58,377 bases of DNA from an uncultured Planctomycetales bacterium (GCA_964467905.1 CAYXSY010000010.1:2415-60791), one strand, 5' to 3'. Counted from the stretch's first letter, positions 43,872 to 54,887 are shown. Numbers and translations are program-made. The notes: generated by a model from the sequence alone, not told the origin.

Positions 43872-44900
43872 ATGTCTCATGATAAGAAGCAGGCAGTTAA
43901 GGATACCGCAAAAGAGTCTTCTGACCGTCAAAAGGCGCTTGAGTTGGCGCTTAGCCAGATAGAAAAACAGTTTGGCAAAGGCTCAATTATGAAGTTGGGC
44001 GGTGATGTTAAGGTCCATGTTGAGACCATCCCTACAGGCGCTTTGACTTTGGATGTGGCGCTTGGCGTAGGTGGCCTACCCAGAGGCAGGGTGGTTGAGA
44101 TTTTCGGGCCGGAGGCATCAGGAAAGACTACGCTTACATTGAGTGCAATCAAGGAAATTCAGAAAAAAGGCGGAGTCGCTGCTTTTATCGACGCAGAGCA
44201 TGCCTTTGATTCCACTTATGCCAAGATAATCGGGGTTAATCTGGATGAGCTTTTAATCTCCCAGCCGGACACAGGAGAACAGGCACTTGAGATAGCTGAA
44301 ACCTTAGTGCGTTCAAATGCGGTTGATTTAGTGGTTATTGACTCTGTAGCTGCCCTTACTCCGCGTGCAGAAATAGAAGGCGAGATGGGTGATTCTCACG
44401 TAGGTTTACAGGCGCGCCTTATGTCCCAGGCATTAAGAAAACTGACAGGTGCAATCAGTAAGTCCCGTACCTGCGTAGTTTTTATAAACCAGATAAGAGA
44501 AAAAATCGGGGTAATGTTTGGTTCTCCTGAAACTACTCCCGGAGGTAGAGCTTTAAAGTTTTACTCTTCCGTTCGCCTTGATTTAAGAAAAATCGCTACG
44601 CTCAAAAACGGTGACATGGTTATTGGAAACCGCGTTAGGGCGCGCGTGGTAAAAAATAAGGTTGCCCCTCCTTTTAGAGAGGCAGAATTGGAAATGTTTC
44701 ATGATGAGGGAATTTCGAAGTCAGGCGCGGTTATTGATGCGGGAGTAAACATTAATATCGTCGAGAAATCCGGCACATGGCTTTCTTTTAACGGAGAAAA
44801 ACTAGGCCAAGGCAGAGACGCGGCAATTAAGTCCTTAAAGGAAAAGCCGAAACTGCAGGATGAGATAGAAAAAGAAGTACGCAAAAAGCTTGCCGGATAA
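43872..44900 (+). CDS. recA: Recombinase RecA
   Basis: [22 protein letters not shown] and IFINQIR motifs; GGAGG favours ATG 43872. Confidence 0.97.
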   Translation: MSHDKKQAVKDTAKESSDRQKALELALSQIEKQFGKGSIMKLGGDVKVHVETIPTGALTLDVALGVGGLPRGRVVEIFGPEASGKTTLTLSAIKEIQKKGGVAAFIDAEHAFDSTYAKIIGVNLDELLISQPDTGEQALEIAETLVRSNAVDLVVIDSVAALTPRAEIEGEMGDSHVGLQARLMSQALRKLTGAISKSRTCVVFINQIREKIGVMFGSPETTPGGRALKFYSSVRLDLRKIATLKNGDMVIGNRVRARVVKNKVAPPFREAELEMFHDEGISKSGAVIDAGVNINIVEKSGTWLSFNGEKLGQGRDAAIKSLKEKPKLQDEIEKEVRKKLAG

Positions 44901-44948
44901 TTTTTTTCTTGGGTCTTGAGGGTCAGGGGTTAAAAAGGAGGAGCTGCT

Positions 44949-46517
44949 ATGAAGACAAAAAGAATATTCTTTGCATTGAGTTTAATTATAATCGGTATTT
45001 TGGTTGGTTTTTTCTTGACCGCGAGAGTTGGGTTTATAACAGAGGCAGAAAGTCAGAGCCAGCCAACAGCAGTAAAACAGCCTACAACTCAACCGATAGC
45101 GCCTCCTGTGCTAAAGGAAAAGGTTGATTTAACCAGCGCTGTCAGTAATGTTGCTACCCTTACCGGGAAAGCTGTTGTATCAATAAGTACCGAGCATACT
45201 ACAAAATTAAAAAGCCCAAGAAGGTATTATTTTGGTGGGTCGCCTTTTGGTGGAGGAAATTCTCCTTTTGGCGATGACGATATTTTTAAAAGGTTCTTTG
45301 AAGATTTCTACGGCGATATGCCTGACAGGGAATTTAAGCAAAGAGGGTTGGGGTCAGGTGTGATTATTGACGCAGAAGGCCATATCTTGACCAATGAGCA
45401 TGTGGTCGGAGAGGCCGACAAAATAACCGTTACGCTTCCGGATGGCCGCGAATTTAAGGGCGAGCTAAAAGGAAGAGATTTGCGTTCCGACCTTGCGATT
45501 ATTAAAATTAATGCCGATAATCTTCCTGTGGCAAAGTTAGGGGATTCAAATGATTTAAAAATCGGCCAATGGGTTGTGGCTATAGGCAATCCTTTTGGTT
45601 TTGCTTTGGATAATACCGAGCCGACTGTTACTGTCGGGGTAATCAGCGCTTTACACCGTTCTTTAGGCCGTATCCTTTCCCGTGATAGAGACTATGGAGA
45701 TCTGATTCAGACCGATGCTGCGATAAACCCGGGGAATTCCGGTGGCCCGTTAGTTAATCTAAAGGGAGAGGTTGTCGGGATTAATGTCGCGATATTTTCA
45801 ACCAGCGGTGGGTATCAGGGGATAGGTTTTGCTATCCCGATTAGCAGCGCAAAAAGTATTTTGAAGCGCTTGATTGAAGGCAAAAAAATCCTTTATGGTT
45901 GGTTGGGCGTTACTGTACAGAATCTAACCGATGACATGTCTAAGTATTTCGGTATGGCTGATAAGAACGGCGTGCTTGTTGCCAATGTTTTAGAAAACGG
46001 CCCGGCACAGAAGGCAGGGTTAAAGGAAGGCGATATAATAAAAGAGTTTGATAGCAAGCCGATAAACAGCGTTAAAGACTTAGTCGGGCTTGTTTCTAGA
46101 ACCGACGTCGGGAAGAAAGCGAAAGTCATAGTTATAAGAGATAAGAAACAGATGGAACTTATAGTTGATGTTGGTGAGCGTCCGGAGACCCTTGAAGAAG
46201 GCGATTTTACCTCTAAGGCAACCGAAGGCGACGAAAAGGTTTGGCGCGGCATGGAAGTTGAGGATTTGAATTCTCCTAAAGTACAGCGTTATGGGATTAA
46301 AGATAAAAAGGGAGTTTTGGTGGTTAACGTGGAATCCTCAAGCCCAGCGGCAGAAGCAGGGATATCTGTGCGCGATATAATTGTAGAGATTAACAAGCAG
46401 GGAGTTGGAAATATTTCTGATTACCAGCGCATAATCAAAGAGGTAAAGGGCGACGCATTAGTTAAGACTACGCGCGGGTATTTCTTAGTTAAGTCAGGTG
46501 AAGCTAAACAAGAATGA
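44949..46517 (+). CDS. Do/HtrA-family serine protease with two PDZ domains
   Basis: LTNEHVV, SDLAII and GNSGGP catalytic triad. Confidence 0.93.
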   Translation: MKTKRIFFALSLIIIGILVGFFLTARVGFITEAESQSQPTAVKQPTTQPIAPPVLKEKVDLTSAVSNVATLTGKAVVSISTEHTTKLKSPRRYYFGGSPFGGGNSPFGDDDIFKRFFEDFYGDMPDREFKQRGLGSGVIIDAEGHILTNEHVVGEADKITVTLPDGREFKGELKGRDLRSDLAIIKINADNLPVAKLGDSNDLKIGQWVVAIGNPFGFALDNTEPTVTVGVISALHRSLGRILSRDRDYGDLIQTDAAINPGNSGGPLVNLKGEVVGINVAIFSTSGGYQGIGFAIPISSAKSILKRLIEGKKILYGWLGVTVQNLTDDMSKYFGMADKNGVLVANVLENGPAQKAGLKEGDIIKEFDSKPINSVKDLVGLVSRTDVGKKAKVIVIRDKKQMELIVDVGERPETLEEGDFTSKATEGDEKVWRGMEVEDLNSPKVQRYGIKDKKGVLVVNVESSSPAAEAGISVRDIIVEINKQGVGNISDYQRIIKEVKGDALVKTTRGYFLVKSGEAKQE

Positions 46518-46962
46518 CCTTGCCGGCGCAAGGGAATATGCTTTTTTGCTTCTTAAGTACCGGATGCGCAGCGAGCAGGAGTTGCGCTTGCGCATGCGCC
46601 GTAAGAAGTTTGACGAGCGCTTAATAACCGAGACAATAGAGTTTTTAAAAGAAAAGAAGTTCATTGACGACGATAGTTTTGCTAAGGCTTGGGTTTTCTC
46701 GCGTAAAAATCAGGGATTTGGCCTGCGTAGGATTGCGCAGGAGCTTAAGGTAAAGGGCGTTCCGGAAGAAATAGTCAAAAACCGCATTTCTGAAGGCAAA
46801 GGCGATTATCCCGAGAAGCAGATTGTCAGTGAATTAGCCTCCCGCAGATTAACTAAATCAAAAGGAGTTGACCCTAAGGCAGCAAAGCGTAGGGTCTATG
46901 CTTATTTACTAAGGCGCGGATTTTCTCCGGATGTGGTTATAGAGGTTTTAAATAGCAGGTAA
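46498..46962 (+). CDS. recX: Regulatory protein RecX
   Basis: RSEQELR, FIDDDSFA, YLLRRGFS motifs; near recA. Confidence 0.88.
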   Translation: MKLNKNDLAGAREYAFLLLKYRMRSEQELRLRMRRKKFDERLITETIEFLKEKKFIDDDSFAKAWVFSRKNQGFGLRRIAQELKVKGVPEEIVKNRISEGKGDYPEKQIVSELASRRLTKSKGVDPKAAKRRVYAYLLRRGFSPDVVIEVLNSR

Positions 46963-46980
46963 GGTTAGATAAGGACAAGG

Positions 46981-49596
46981 ATGAAAGCTGACGTATTAAG
47001 AAGAAAATTCCTGGAGTTTTTTAAATCCAAAAAACATAAGATTGTTGATCCGGATTCTTTGGTTCCAAAAGATGACCCTACGGTATTGTTTACCCCTGCC
47101 GGAATGAATCAGTTTAAAAAAGAATTTATGGGGCAGACTAGCGGTTTTCGGCGTGCGGCGACTTGTCAGCGATGCCTGCGTACGGATGATCTTGATAAGG
47201 TCGGCAAGACCGCTTGCCATCATACTCTATTTGAAATGTTGGGTAATTTTTCTTTCGGTGATTATTTTAAGGAAGACGCGATTTCTTTTGCCTGGGAGTT
47301 TCTGACAAAAGAATTAAATATCCCGCAGGAAAAATTATGGGTTTCGGTTTATAAGGATGATGATGAGTCGTATAGTATCTGGAAAGATAAAATAAAAGTT
47401 CCTGCCAATAAGATAGTAAAGCTTGGGGATAAGGATAACTTCTGGCCTGCCGAAGCAAAAGAGAAAGGCCCCAATGGCCCGTGCGGACCCTGCTCGGAAA
47501 TATTTTATGATTTTGGTAAAAACGTTGGCTGCGGAGAGGATGTATGTGATCCGTCATGTTCCTGCGGCAGGTTTGTTGAAGTATGGAATTTAGTTTTTAC
47601 CCAGTTTAACCGCAAAGAAGGCGGGGTCCTGGAGCCATTGCCGAACAAAAATATTGATACCGGAATGGGGCTTGAGAGGCTGGCTGCGGTAATGCAGGGG
47701 GTTTATTCTAACTTTGAGACGGATTTATTTACTCCGCTGACCGGAGAAATATTTAAGCAAATTAAAGATAAAGTAGCGGTTGATAAAATGGCGGTTTATG
47801 CTATTGCGGATCATCTTCGGGCGATAGTTTTTGCCATATTCGACGGGGTTATGCCTTCTAATGAAGGAAGAGGTTATGTTATACGTAAGATTATCAGAAA
47901 AAGCGTTTTGGCTTTACGCAGCCTCGGGATAAAACAGGCGTATCTTTATAAGCTGGTTCCGGTATTAGCAGACGTAATGAAAGATTTTTATCCGGAGTTA
48001 AAGGAGCGCAGAGAAAATATTTCCGAAATTATACTTGCGGAAGAAAAGAATTTTATTTCTACGCTGAATTCAAGTGAGACTCTTTTTAAGGAGAAACTTG
48101 CTGTTAAGGGTATATCTGCCGATAAAGCAGGAATAATTGCCTTTATGCTTTATGATACTTACGGCATACCGTTTGAGCTTACGCTTGATTGGGCAAGGCG
48201 TAATTCGCTGAAAATATCTAAAGAGGCCTTTGATAAGGAGTTAGAGAATCAGAAGAAACGCTCAAAGTCAGGGAGCGCGATGAAGGGGGATGTTTTTGAT
48301 TCTAAGCATGCTTCCTTAGGGGTATCTGCTACTTTATTTAAGGGCTATGATAAATGTTGCCTGCGCGCAAAGATACTCAAAATATTCAAGGGTGATGATG
48401 AAGCCAAGAAAGTAAGTAAAGGCGATAAGGTATCGGTGGTGTTGGATGCGACCTGTTTCTATGCCGAGTCCGGCGGACAAGTCGGAGATACCGGAGCCCT
48501 GATTAAGGGCAAGAATATCATTGAAATATCGGATACGCAGAAGTTCGGCAAGGTTATTGTTCATAACGGCGTCGTTAAAAACGGGTCTTTTAAAAAGAGC
48601 GATTTAGTGTCAGCTTCCGTTGATGAGGCGCGCAGGCTCTCTATTGCAAGGAATCATACCGCAACACATCTTTTACAATCAGCGCTGCGCAAGGTTTTAG
48701 GGGCCCATGTTAAGCAGCAGGGTTCATTGGTTGCTCCTGATAGGCTGCGTTTTGATTTTACTCATTTTAAGGCCTTAACCCCTGATGAATTAGACAGAAT
48801 AGAGCTTTTAGTTAACGAGTATATTTTAGGCGATACGCCTTTATCTAAAAAACAGATGAGCTTGGTGGATGCCAAGAAAAAAGGTGCTTTGGCATTTTTC
48901 CAGGAGAAATATGAAAGCAAGGTACGCGTGATTTCAATAGGTGATATTTCGCAGGAACTCTGCGGCGGCACGCACCTTGAGTCAACAGGACAGATAGGGG
49001 TATTTAAGATTATTCAGGAAAGCTCCATTGCCAGCGGCACAAGAAGAATTGAGGCAACTACGGCAAAGACAGCCTACGAGCTTTTTAAGAAAGAAGAGCA
49101 GCACTTAAAAGAGGCTTCCGCGCTTTTAAACGCCCCCTTGGACAAGGTGGCTTTAGAGCTGCAGAAGCGCATATCCCGCATAAAAGAGCTGGAGAAGGAA
49201 TTAAGCAATAAAAACTTATCGGCAGCCCAGGGGATTGTTGATACATTAGTTAATGAGGCAGAGCAGATAAAAGGAGTAAGATTTATATCTAAGGCACTTG
49301 ATAATGCCTCTATGGATGTCTTAAGAAAAACCGTAGATACCATTAAACAGAAAGCGGGAAGCGCGGTTATTGCGCTTGGTTCTTCTATGCAGGGCAAAGT
49401 TTTCCTGGTGGTGGGTGTCACTGCGGATTTATGCGATAGAGGGCTTGATGCGTCTAAATTAATAATAGAGCCGTCTAAGATTATTGGGGGTTCGGGCGGA
49501 GGAAGAAAAGAATTTGCTCAAGCAGGCGGAAGCGCGGCAGACCAACTTAATAATGCTTTTGTGAGATTACGGGAATTAATCGCGGGGGCTTTATGA
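46981..49596 (+). CDS. alaS: Alanine-tRNA ligase
   Basis: LFTPAGMNQFK, IDTGMGLER, NHTATHLL, ELCGGTH and GGSGGG motifs. Confidence 0.97.
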   Translation: MKADVLRRKFLEFFKSKKHKIVDPDSLVPKDDPTVLFTPAGMNQFKKEFMGQTSGFRRAATCQRCLRTDDLDKVGKTACHHTLFEMLGNFSFGDYFKEDAISFAWEFLTKELNIPQEKLWVSVYKDDDESYSIWKDKIKVPANKIVKLGDKDNFWPAEAKEKGPNGPCGPCSEIFYDFGKNVGCGEDVCDPSCSCGRFVEVWNLVFTQFNRKEGGVLEPLPNKNIDTGMGLERLAAVMQGVYSNFETDLFTPLTGEIFKQIKDKVAVDKMAVYAIADHLRAIVFAIFDGVMPSNEGRGYVIRKIIRKSVLALRSLGIKQAYLYKLVPVLADVMKDFYPELKERRENISEIILAEEKNFISTLNSSETLFKEKLAVKGISADKAGIIAFMLYDTYGIPFELTLDWARRNSLKISKEAFDKELENQKKRSKSGSAMKGDVFDSKHASLGVSATLFKGYDKCCLRAKILKIFKGDDEAKKVSKGDKVSVVLDATCFYAESGGQVGDTGALIKGKNIIEISDTQKFGKVIVHNGVVKNGSFKKSDLVSASVDEARRLSIARNHTATHLLQSALRKVLGAHVKQQGSLVAPDRLRFDFTHFKALTPDELDRIELLVNEYILGDTPLSKKQMSLVDAKKKGALAFFQEKYESKVRVISIGDISQELCGGTHLESTGQIGVFKIIQESSIASGTRRIEATTAKTAYELFKKEEQHLKEASALLNAPLDKVALELQKRISRIKELEKELSNKNLSAAQGIVDTLVNEAEQIKGVRFISKALDNASMDVLRKTVDTIKQKAGSAVIALGSSMQGKVFLVVGVTADLCDRGLDASKLIIEPSKIIGGSGGGRKEFAQAGGSAADQLNNAFVRLRELIAGAL

Positions 49597-50819
49597 AGAT
49601 TATAAGATATGGCAGTAAGCAGCTGCAGAAGTTGTATAATCGCGGGCAGGCGCGTCCTAAACGCGTGGAAGAGAAAGTCCGTCAGATTATTCAGGATGTC
49701 CGTCTTTACGCAGATGATGCGGTATTAAAATATACCAAGAAGTTTGATAAGGTTAAGCTGTCTACCCGGCAGCTGCGCGTAGCCGCAATTGAAATAAGCG
49801 GCGCTTATCAGAATATTAATCCGGATTTCGTTGCAAATCTTAAGGTTGTTATTGATAACGTAAATAAATTTTACCGCCGCACGCTTAAGAAGTCATGGCG
49901 CATGAAAGATCCCGACGGGGCGATACTGGGTGAGAATTATATGCCGCTTGAGACTGTGGGTGTTTATATCCCGGCAGGGACTGCTCCGCTTGTATCCTGT
50001 GTTTATATGACGGTGCTGCCGGCAAAAATTGCAGGCGTCAAAAAGATAGTTTTGATAAGCCCTCCGGATAAATTCGGGCGTATAAATCCGCACATATTGG
50101 TGGTTGCGGATTTACTTAAAGTAGATGAGGTCTATCGCGTAGGCGGTGCGCAGGGTATTGCCGCCTTAGCCTATGGCACAAAAATTATTCCTAAAGTAGA
50201 TAAGATAGTTGGCCCGGGGAACATTTATGTCAGTGAGGCAAAGCGTCAGGTTTATGGCGCGGTAGATATAGATATGATTGCCGGCCCGACAGAGCTGGTT
50301 GTCATCGCTAACCGTTTAAGTGACCCTAAATTTATTATCGCTGATTTAAAAGCACAGGCGGAACATTCCGGAGGCCTGGCTGTTTTGGTTACGAATTCCA
50401 AGAGCCTGGCTAAGGAAGTCAAAAAATCCCTTGATGGCTCATGCGGCTATATAGTATTAACTAAGAATCTGGAGCAGGCAGCCGAAGTCGCTAATAACAT
50501 TGCTCCCGAACACCTTGAGATTCTGGTAAATAACCCCAAGAAATTATTAAAATGCATTAAGAATGCCGGGGCGATATTTCTTGGGCCATACAGTCCGACT
50601 GCCGTAGGAGATTATGTCGCCGGACCCAGCCATGTATTACCTACGGGCGGGACAGCAAGATTTTTTTCGGGACTTTCTGTCTGTGATTTTCTAAAGAGTA
50701 TACATGTTATCGGTTATTCCAAAAAGGCGCTTGAGAAGATTCGCACGCCTTTAGAGAAAATAGCTGAAATTGAGGGCTTAAGTAAGCATCTTGATTCGGT
50801 TGAAGCCAGATTCAGGTAG
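49593..50819 (+). CDS. hisD: Histidinol dehydrogenase
   Basis: DMIAGPTE, QAEH, APEHLE and AGPSHVLPT motifs. Confidence 0.95.
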   Translation: MKIIRYGSKQLQKLYNRGQARPKRVEEKVRQIIQDVRLYADDAVLKYTKKFDKVKLSTRQLRVAAIEISGAYQNINPDFVANLKVVIDNVNKFYRRTLKKSWRMKDPDGAILGENYMPLETVGVYIPAGTAPLVSCVYMTVLPAKIAGVKKIVLISPPDKFGRINPHILVVADLLKVDEVYRVGGAQGIAALAYGTKIIPKVDKIVGPGNIYVSEAKRQVYGAVDIDMIAGPTELVVIANRLSDPKFIIADLKAQAEHSGGLAVLVTNSKSLAKEVKKSLDGSCGYIVLTKNLEQAAEVANNIAPEHLEILVNNPKKLLKCIKNAGAIFLGPYSPTAVGDYVAGPSHVLPTGGTARFFSGLSVCDFLKSIHVIGYSKKALEKIRTPLEKIAEIEGLSKHLDSVEARFR

Positions 50820-50844
50820 GTTTTATCTGAAAATAGGAGAATAA

Positions 50845-51462
50845 ATGCGCAAAGCAGAGATTAAGAGAAAAACAAAAGAAACAGATATTTTTGTAAAATT
50901 AAATATCGACGGCAAGGGCATTTCGAAAATTAATACAAGCATAGGTTTATTAGACCATATGTTGGATTTGTTCGCTTTCCATGGTCTTTTTGATTTGGAG
51001 ATAACAGCTAAAGGTGACCTACAGATAGATATCCATCATACAAATGAAGATGTAGGGATAGTATTAGGGCAGGCTTTTAAAAAAGCATTAGGTGATATGG
51101 CTGGTATTCGAAGGTTTGGGTCTAGTTCAGTGCCCATGGAAGATGTTGTGGCTGAGGTAACAGCAGATATCAGCGGGAGAGGACATCTCAGTATATCCGG
51201 ATATACACCTGTTCGTACAGTCAGAGGTGCTACTGAACAAATAACGGAAGCAAAATTAACTTTTCAAGATTTTCAGCATTTTTTTGAATCTTTTTGCTCG
51301 CATGCTGGCGTGAATGTAAATATAGCCCTACGTAATCCAAGCGAAGATATACATACACTACTTGAACCTATTTTTAAAGCGCTTGGCGTGGCTTTAGACC
51401 AGGCTACTCAAATTGATCCGCGGCGTAAAGGCGTACCTTCTACAAAGGGGATTATAGATTAG
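50845..51462 (+). CDS. hisB: Imidazoleglycerol-phosphate dehydratase
   Basis: RKTKETDI, DHML, DIHHTNED, PSTKG. Confidence 0.95.
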   Translation: MRKAEIKRKTKETDIFVKLNIDGKGISKINTSIGLLDHMLDLFAFHGLFDLEITAKGDLQIDIHHTNEDVGIVLGQAFKKALGDMAGIRRFGSSSVPMEDVVAEVTADISGRGHLSISGYTPVRTVRGATEQITEAKLTFQDFQHFFESFCSHAGVNVNIALRNPSEDIHTLLEPIFKALGVALDQATQIDPRRKGVPSTKGIID

Positions 51463-51916
51463 TAACTTGTAAGCTCGTAACTAGTAACTAGTAATTTTAT
51501 GGCAGAACAAAAGATAAAAGATTTTTATGATTTAGATACATGGAGAAAGGCGCATAGTTTTGTTTTAGAAATATATAAGATAACAGATAAGTTTCCCAAA
51601 GAAGAATTCTACGGTATAACGACCCAGCTGAGGCGTGCGGCATCATCTATCGCAGCTAATATTGCCGAGGGCTTTAGCAGGTATCATTATAATGACAAGA
51701 TCAGATTTTATCATAATGCGCGTGGGTCTGCGAGTGAGACACAAAATTTCTTGTTTTTGGCAAAAGATCTATCCTTTTTATTAGAAAAAGAATTTAAGTT
51801 GTTATTCGCATCTGCAGAAGATGTTAATAAGTTGATTAATGGCTTAATACGCTCTATTGAAGAACATCGATAAGAATTTAATTACTAGTTACGAGTTACT
51901 AGTTTACTAGTTACTA
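51460..51916. mobile_element. Four-helix-bundle gene between inverted 36-bp heptamer arrays
   Basis: Left array 51460-95 and right array 51881-916, both of unit structure 7+8+7+7+7 from the outer end; TA at both outer ends. Confidence 0.65.
51499..51873 (+). CDS. Four-helix-bundle protein (23S rRNA IVP/bAvd-like family)
   Basis: FYDLDTWRKA..FPKEE..QLRRAASSIAANIAEG..ARGSASE. Confidence 0.92.
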   Translation: MAEQKIKDFYDLDTWRKAHSFVLEIYKITDKFPKEEFYGITTQLRRAASSIAANIAEGFSRYHYNDKIRFYHNARGSASETQNFLFLAKDLSFLLEKEFKLLFASAEDVNKLINGLIRSIEEHR

Positions 51917-51918
51917 AC

Positions 51919-52533
51919 ATGATTGCAATAGTCGACTATGGCATGGGTAATATTCACAGCGTTAAAAAAGCGCTGGAGTCTATGGGTGCGCAAACTATTG
52001 TAACCGATAATCCGAAAGACCTTAGCCGCGCCGAAAAGATTGTTTTTCCCGGAGTCGGCTCTTTTGGGGATGCAGTTGTAGAGCTTAAAAAGCGTTCTTT
52101 AGATGTTGAAATAAGGAAACAGGTGCAATCAGGCAAGATTTTCTTAGGTATTTGTCTTGGCATGCAGGTTTTGTTTGAGAAAAGTATGGAATCACAGAAG
52201 TACGTCGGGTTAGGATTATTGAAAGGCTCCGTAGATAAATTTGAAGCCAGCCAAAAACTAAAGGTTCCGCATATGGGTTGGAATCAGATTACAAAAACCT
52301 CAAATAACTGCCAGTTATTAAAAGATATGCCGGATAATTCTTATGTGTATTTCTGCCATTCGTATTATGTGAATCCCGCCGATAAGAAAATTATCGCTGC
52401 TTCCTGTGATTACGGCGATAATTTTGCTGCGGTAGTCTGCAAGGATAATTTATACGGGCTGCAGTTTCATCCGGAAAAAAGCCAGGCAGCCGGATTAAAA
52501 ATCGTGAAAAACTTTGTGGAGATGCAATGCTGA
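51919..52533 (+). CDS. hisH: Imidazole glycerol phosphate synthase subunit HisH
   Basis: DYGMGN, LGICLGMQ, QFHPEKS. Confidence 0.96.
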   Translation: MIAIVDYGMGNIHSVKKALESMGAQTIVTDNPKDLSRAEKIVFPGVGSFGDAVVELKKRSLDVEIRKQVQSGKIFLGICLGMQVLFEKSMESQKYVGLGLLKGSVDKFEASQKLKVPHMGWNQITKTSNNCQLLKDMPDNSYVYFCHSYYVNPADKKIIAASCDYGDNFAAVVCKDNLYGLQFHPEKSQAAGLKIVKNFVEMQC

Positions 52534-53252
52534 TTATTCCGGCGATAGACATACAGCTCGGCCGTGTTGTCAGGTTGACCCAGGGGCGTTTCGATGATAA
52601 GAAAATATATTCTTCGGACCCGCTAAAAGCAGCAAGGCACTGGGCTAAGCAGGGTGCAAAACTTATACACATCGTTGATTTAGACGGTGCTAAGACCGGA
52701 GAGCCTAAGAATTTAAGCGTGGTTAAAGATATTATTAAGGCGGTAGGCGTTCCTGTTGAATTTGGCGGAGGGGTAAGGAAGCAGGAGACTATAAATAAGT
52801 TGATTGGCTATGGCATCAGGCGAGTTGTCTTAGGGACTAAGGCCGTGCAGGATACTGCATTCTTAAAGAAAGCTTTTAAGGATTTTAAGGATAAGGTTAT
52901 CGTTAGTATTGATGCCAGCGGACTTGAGGTTTTGATTAAGGGGTGGCAGCAGAAAGCAGCGGCGAATACGGATGCTTTAAGTTTCTCCGGATTACTTAAG
53001 AATATAGGGTTTAAGGAATTTATTTATACCGACGTTAGAAAGGACGGTATGCTTTCAGGCCCGAACATAAAAGATATCAAGAAGCTTCTTAAGGAAACAG
53101 GTATGAAAATTATTGCATCAGGCGGGGTATCTTCCCTTGAGGATATAAGAAAATTAAAGGCATTAGAAAAAGATGGGCTTTGCGGAACGATAATCGGTAA
53201 GGCATTGTATGAGGGTAAGTTTACTTTACAGCAGGCCCTAAAGCTTGCTTAA
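52527..53252 (+). CDS. hisA: ProFAR isomerase
   Basis: IIPAIDI, HIVDLDGA, EFGGGVR, ASGGVSS. Confidence 0.96.
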   Translation: MLIIPAIDIQLGRVVRLTQGRFDDKKIYSSDPLKAARHWAKQGAKLIHIVDLDGAKTGEPKNLSVVKDIIKAVGVPVEFGGGVRKQETINKLIGYGIRRVVLGTKAVQDTAFLKKAFKDFKDKVIVSIDASGLEVLIKGWQQKAAANTDALSFSGLLKNIGFKEFIYTDVRKDGMLSGPNIKDIKKLLKETGMKIIASGGVSSLEDIRKLKALEKDGLCGTIIGKALYEGKFTLQQALKLA

Positions 53253-53322
53253 ATTAGTTCCTTCGAAGCCGTATCGTATTATTTGATAATCTTACGGCGT
53301 AGAAGAAAAAAAGGAGGCTCAT

Positions 53323-53763
53323 GTGTTTAGAAAAATAGCTTTATATTCGGCGTGCGCATTTCTGGTAATTTCTTTATCGGGTTGTGCTACGGCAAGAAAG
53401 AGCAGTGATGAAGAGATGCAGAGTTTAAGGAATCAGGTTAGCTTGCTTGAATCGCAGCTGCAGTCAAAAGATGAAGAAATAAACAGCCTGCGCGATTCTT
53501 TGGATAGGGTAAGCTATGAGGCCCAGAAGACAATTGCCAAGAGCGATAAGATGGAAGTAAAATGCCGCCCGAGCACAAAAGATATCCAGGCCGCCTTAAG
53601 CAGCGCAGGATATGATCCCGGTGTAATCGATGGTAAAATGGGCAGGAAGACCCGCGAGGCAATTAAGGCATTTCAGAAAGCTAATAATTTGACAGCTGAT
53701 GGTAAGGTAGGGAAAGACACCTGGAATTTATTAAAATCCTATCTGGATAAGAAAGTAAAATAA
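53323..53763 (+). CDS. Lipoprotein with a coiled coil and a PG_binding_1 domain
   Basis: LSGC lipobox; [31 protein letters not shown]. Confidence 0.85.
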   Translation: MFRKIALYSACAFLVISLSGCATARKSSDEEMQSLRNQVSLLESQLQSKDEEINSLRDSLDRVSYEAQKTIAKSDKMEVKCRPSTKDIQAALSSAGYDPGVIDGKMGRKTREAIKAFQKANNLTADGKVGKDTWNLLKSYLDKKVK

Positions 53764-53765
53764 GG

Positions 53766-54524
53766 ATGTTGACCAAAAGGATTATCCCTTGCCTTGATAT
53801 AAAAGACAACCGAGTAGTCAAAGGTATAAAATTTGAGGGGTTGAAAGACGCAGGTGATCCGGTTGAGGTTGCTAAGCTTTATGACCAGCAGCTTGCCGAT
53901 GAGCTTGTTTTTCTGGATATTACCGCAAGCTACGAAAAAAGGAAAACGCTTATTGAGCTGGTTGAAAAAATAGCCAGCAATATCTTTATGCCTTTTACAG
54001 TCGGCGGCGGCGTAAGGGATTTGGATGATATAAGAGACTTGCTTAATGCCGGTGCTGATAAAGTGTCTATAAATACTTCTGCAGTGAAGTTCCCGCAATT
54101 AATCAGCGATGCTTCCAGCAGGTTCGGCAGCCAGTGTATAGTCGTTGCTATAGATGCTAAATCCAGGGCAGACAACAGTTGGCAGGTTTATATTAACGGC
54201 GGCAGGACAGAGGTTGAGCTTGATGCCTTGAAATGGGCAAAGCAGGCAGCAGATTTGGGCGCCGGAGAAATTCTTTTGACAAGCATGGATTATGATGGTA
54301 CAAAAGATGGATATGATTTTGCTCTTACTTCCGAGGTTTGTAGAGCCGTGAATATTCCGGTTATTGCCTCCGGCGGAGCGGGTAAATTAGAGCATTTTTA
54401 TGATATTTTATCGCGCGCAAACGCAGATGCGGCATTGGCAGCTTCTTTGTTTCATTACCAGGAGCTGACTGTCAGGCAGGTCAAGGAATATCTTAAAGAT
54501 AAAGGCGTGAGCGTTCGCATTTAA
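53766..54524 (+). CDS. hisF: Imidazole glycerol phosphate synthase subunit HisF
   Basis: [27 protein letters not shown]. Confidence 0.97.
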   Translation: MLTKRIIPCLDIKDNRVVKGIKFEGLKDAGDPVEVAKLYDQQLADELVFLDITASYEKRKTLIELVEKIASNIFMPFTVGGGVRDLDDIRDLLNAGADKVSINTSAVKFPQLISDASSRFGSQCIVVAIDAKSRADNSWQVYINGGRTEVELDALKWAKQAADLGAGEILLTSMDYDGTKDGYDFALTSEVCRAVNIPVIASGGAGKLEHFYDILSRANADAALAASLFHYQELTVRQVKEYLKDKGVSVRI

Positions 54525-54551
54525 CTTTTTAGTAAAGGGAGAAGATATTAA

Positions 54552-54887
54552 ATGGCAAAATTCAATGTTAAGGACTTAAAGTTTGATAAAAACGGCCTGA
54601 TCCCGGCGATTATACAGGATTATAAGAATAAAGATGTTTTGATGGTTGCTTATATGAATAAGGAATCGGTTAAGAGGACCATAAAATTAGGTAAGACATG
54701 CTTCTGGTCGCGTTCGCGTAAGGAGTATTGGGTCAAGGGTATGACTTCAGGGCATTTCCAATTTGTAAAAGGCATGTATTACGATTGCGATATGGATGCG
54801 CTTTTAATAAAGGTGAGGCAGGTAGGCAAGGCATGCCATACGGGTAACAGGAGTTGTTTCTACCGTTCAATAAAATTAAAGGGTTAA
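54552..54887 (+). CDS. hisI: Phosphoribosyl-AMP cyclohydrolase
   Basis: [27 protein letters not shown]. Confidence 0.95.
   Translation: MAKFNVKDLKFDKNGLIPAIIQDYKNKDVLMVAYMNKESVKRTIKLGKTCFWSRSRKEYWVKGMTSGHFQFVKGMYYDCDMDALLIKVRQVGKACHTGNRSCFYRSIKLKG

Noticed and set aside
44909-45127. 72-aa ORF overlapping the htrA start
   Set aside because: It is an alternate frame over a gene with a strong AGGAGG RBS and a signal peptide
43872-46962. HtrA protease placed between recA and recX
   Set aside because: All three genes look ordinary and no repeats or insertion signs flank the protease, so this is simple gene-order variation
51499-51873. Diversity-generating retroelement (Avd-like gene)
   Set aside because: No reverse transcriptase and no template/variable repeat pair with adenine-specific mismatches in the window; the 65-bp repeat has a single T/C difference
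53321-53338. Out-of-frame mini-ORF MCLEK* overlapping the GTG start of the lipoprotein
   Set aside because: The ATG is only 3 nt from the RBS; no evidence of function and likely chance
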